Of a stretch of 46,971 nt of DNA, positions 46,294-46,971 are shown piece by piece; position 1 is the first letter of the stretch, and every line of letters begins with the position of its first letter. The notes beneath the pieces are model-generated. The model searched no databases and was not told where the DNA came from. It saw only the letters and a list, made by a program, of their open reading frames with translations. A program made the position numbers and the translations under genes. The stretch comes from Minisyncoccota bacterium (GTDB lineage Bacteria; Patescibacteriota; Minisyncoccia; Phycocordibacterales; UBA9973), in NCBI GenBank assembly GCA_031401615.1, contig JANNRS010000033.1, positions 1 through 46,971 of the forward strand, given 5' to 3'.

Positions 46294-46322
46294 GTTTTAA
46301 TAAATATAGAGATAGTTCTTAT

Positions 46323-46856
46323 CTATTCTACACAAGCACCACCAGTAACCTCCGCGGTAATAGCTGCCTGATCTAATGTTGCACCTCCTACAGTAATAGC
46401 TTTTGACTTTCCAGTACTATCTACACACCAACCTGAGTTAGCCGTACCTGCAGTACCTGACTTCAAGATAACTGCCGTTGCCCATGCGCCTCCTCCTACA
46501 GTAGAAGAACAAGCACCAAAACCACCGAGCCCTACTGCGTGTGAAATAGCTGCGGCCATTTGTGTTTGACCAAAGATATTTGCTGAAGCTGCTGCAGGAC
46601 AAGCTGCAGAAGCCACTGCTGCAGGAGCAGAACCTGCTACACAAGCTGTACCAGTGTTTGAATAACAGCCCAAACTATCGTACTGGATTTCAGCCTGAGC
46701 ACGAATGTTTGCCAAGTCTGCTTTTATAGCGGCATCAGCCCCCTTCGCACGAGCTGAGTTAAGTGATGCGAGCACCACAGAAGCCAAGATACCAATAATT
46801 GCGATTACCACCAACAATTCGATGAGGGTAAAACCGCGTTGTGAATTCTTTTTCAT
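46323..46856 (-). CDS. Type IV major pilin-like protein
   Basis: QRGFTLIELLVVIAIIGILASVVLASLNSARAKG, with an Ala/Gly/Cys-rich C-terminal domain. It is followed by a terminator and then pilD. Confidence 0.85.
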   Translation of the reverse strand: MKKNSQRGFTLIELLVVIAIIGILASVVLASLNSARAKGADAAIKADLANIRAQAEIQYDSLGCYSNTGTACVAGSAPAAVASAACPAAASANIFGQTQMAAAISHAVGLGGFGACSSTVGGGAWATAVILKSGTAGTANSGWCVDSTGKSKAITVGGATLDQAAITAEVTGGACVE

Positions 46857-46971
46857 AACAATTAGTTTTTTAATTAAAAATAATATTTGAATCTTAATAA
46901 TCGATTATTACAAATTCCTTTGTAACTCCATAAAGTATATCATAGAAAAGGGCTATCCACGCAAGTGGATA

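Overview
This is a 46.97-kb, AT-rich, very gene-dense bacterial chromosome segment, mostly transcribed on the minus strand. Nearly all of it is core housekeeping.

Core genes:
- rpoB-rpoC-dnaG-rpoD as one tight block.
- rpsP / KH-protein / trmD.
- RNase R, RNase J, secG, pyrG, ftsE/ftsX, prfB, typA, a DEAD-box helicase, gatC/gatA and ligA.

Envelope and accessory-like content:
- A GT2 synthase flanked by two membrane-anchored CxxC thiol-disulfide proteins.
- A truncated large surface protein at the left edge.
- An orphan pilin.
- A type IV pilus/pseudopilus block at the right edge: major pilin, terminator, prepilin peptidase and four minor pilins.

Likely source (inference only): a reduced-genome bacterium of the Patescibacteria/CPR type. 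This rests on short RpoB/RpoC, the many N-terminally anchored secreted proteins and pilins, and the absence of rimM, rplS and gatB from their usual loci.

I found five tRNA genes: Gln-CUG, Thr-GGU, Asp-GUC, elongator Met-CAU and initiator fMet-CAU. I found no CRISPR array, transposase, integrase, reverse transcriptase or recognisable defence operon.

The signal that ordinary annotation does not explain is non-coding:
1. Three tRNA loci carry partial tRNA duplications. Two of them (Gln, Asp) also hold GC-rich 110-150-nt modules that share short colinear motifs; the fMet spacer shares one such motif. The Gln and Asp modules end in a displaced copy of the tRNA T-stem/acceptor. They could be att-like scars, miniature tRNA-targeting elements, or an unknown tRNA-linked RNA.
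2. Several GC-rich palindromic hairpin elements sit in an otherwise AT-rich background. These include a homologous pair of about 80 nt directly after two stop codons, one copy inserted into a tRNA D-loop, and one translated as the C-terminal tail of PyrG.

These are sequence observations with speculative interpretation. CDS coordinates follow the ORF track, with some starts re-chosen. Coordinates for RNAs, repeats, promoters and terminators were read by eye and may be off by 1-2 nt.
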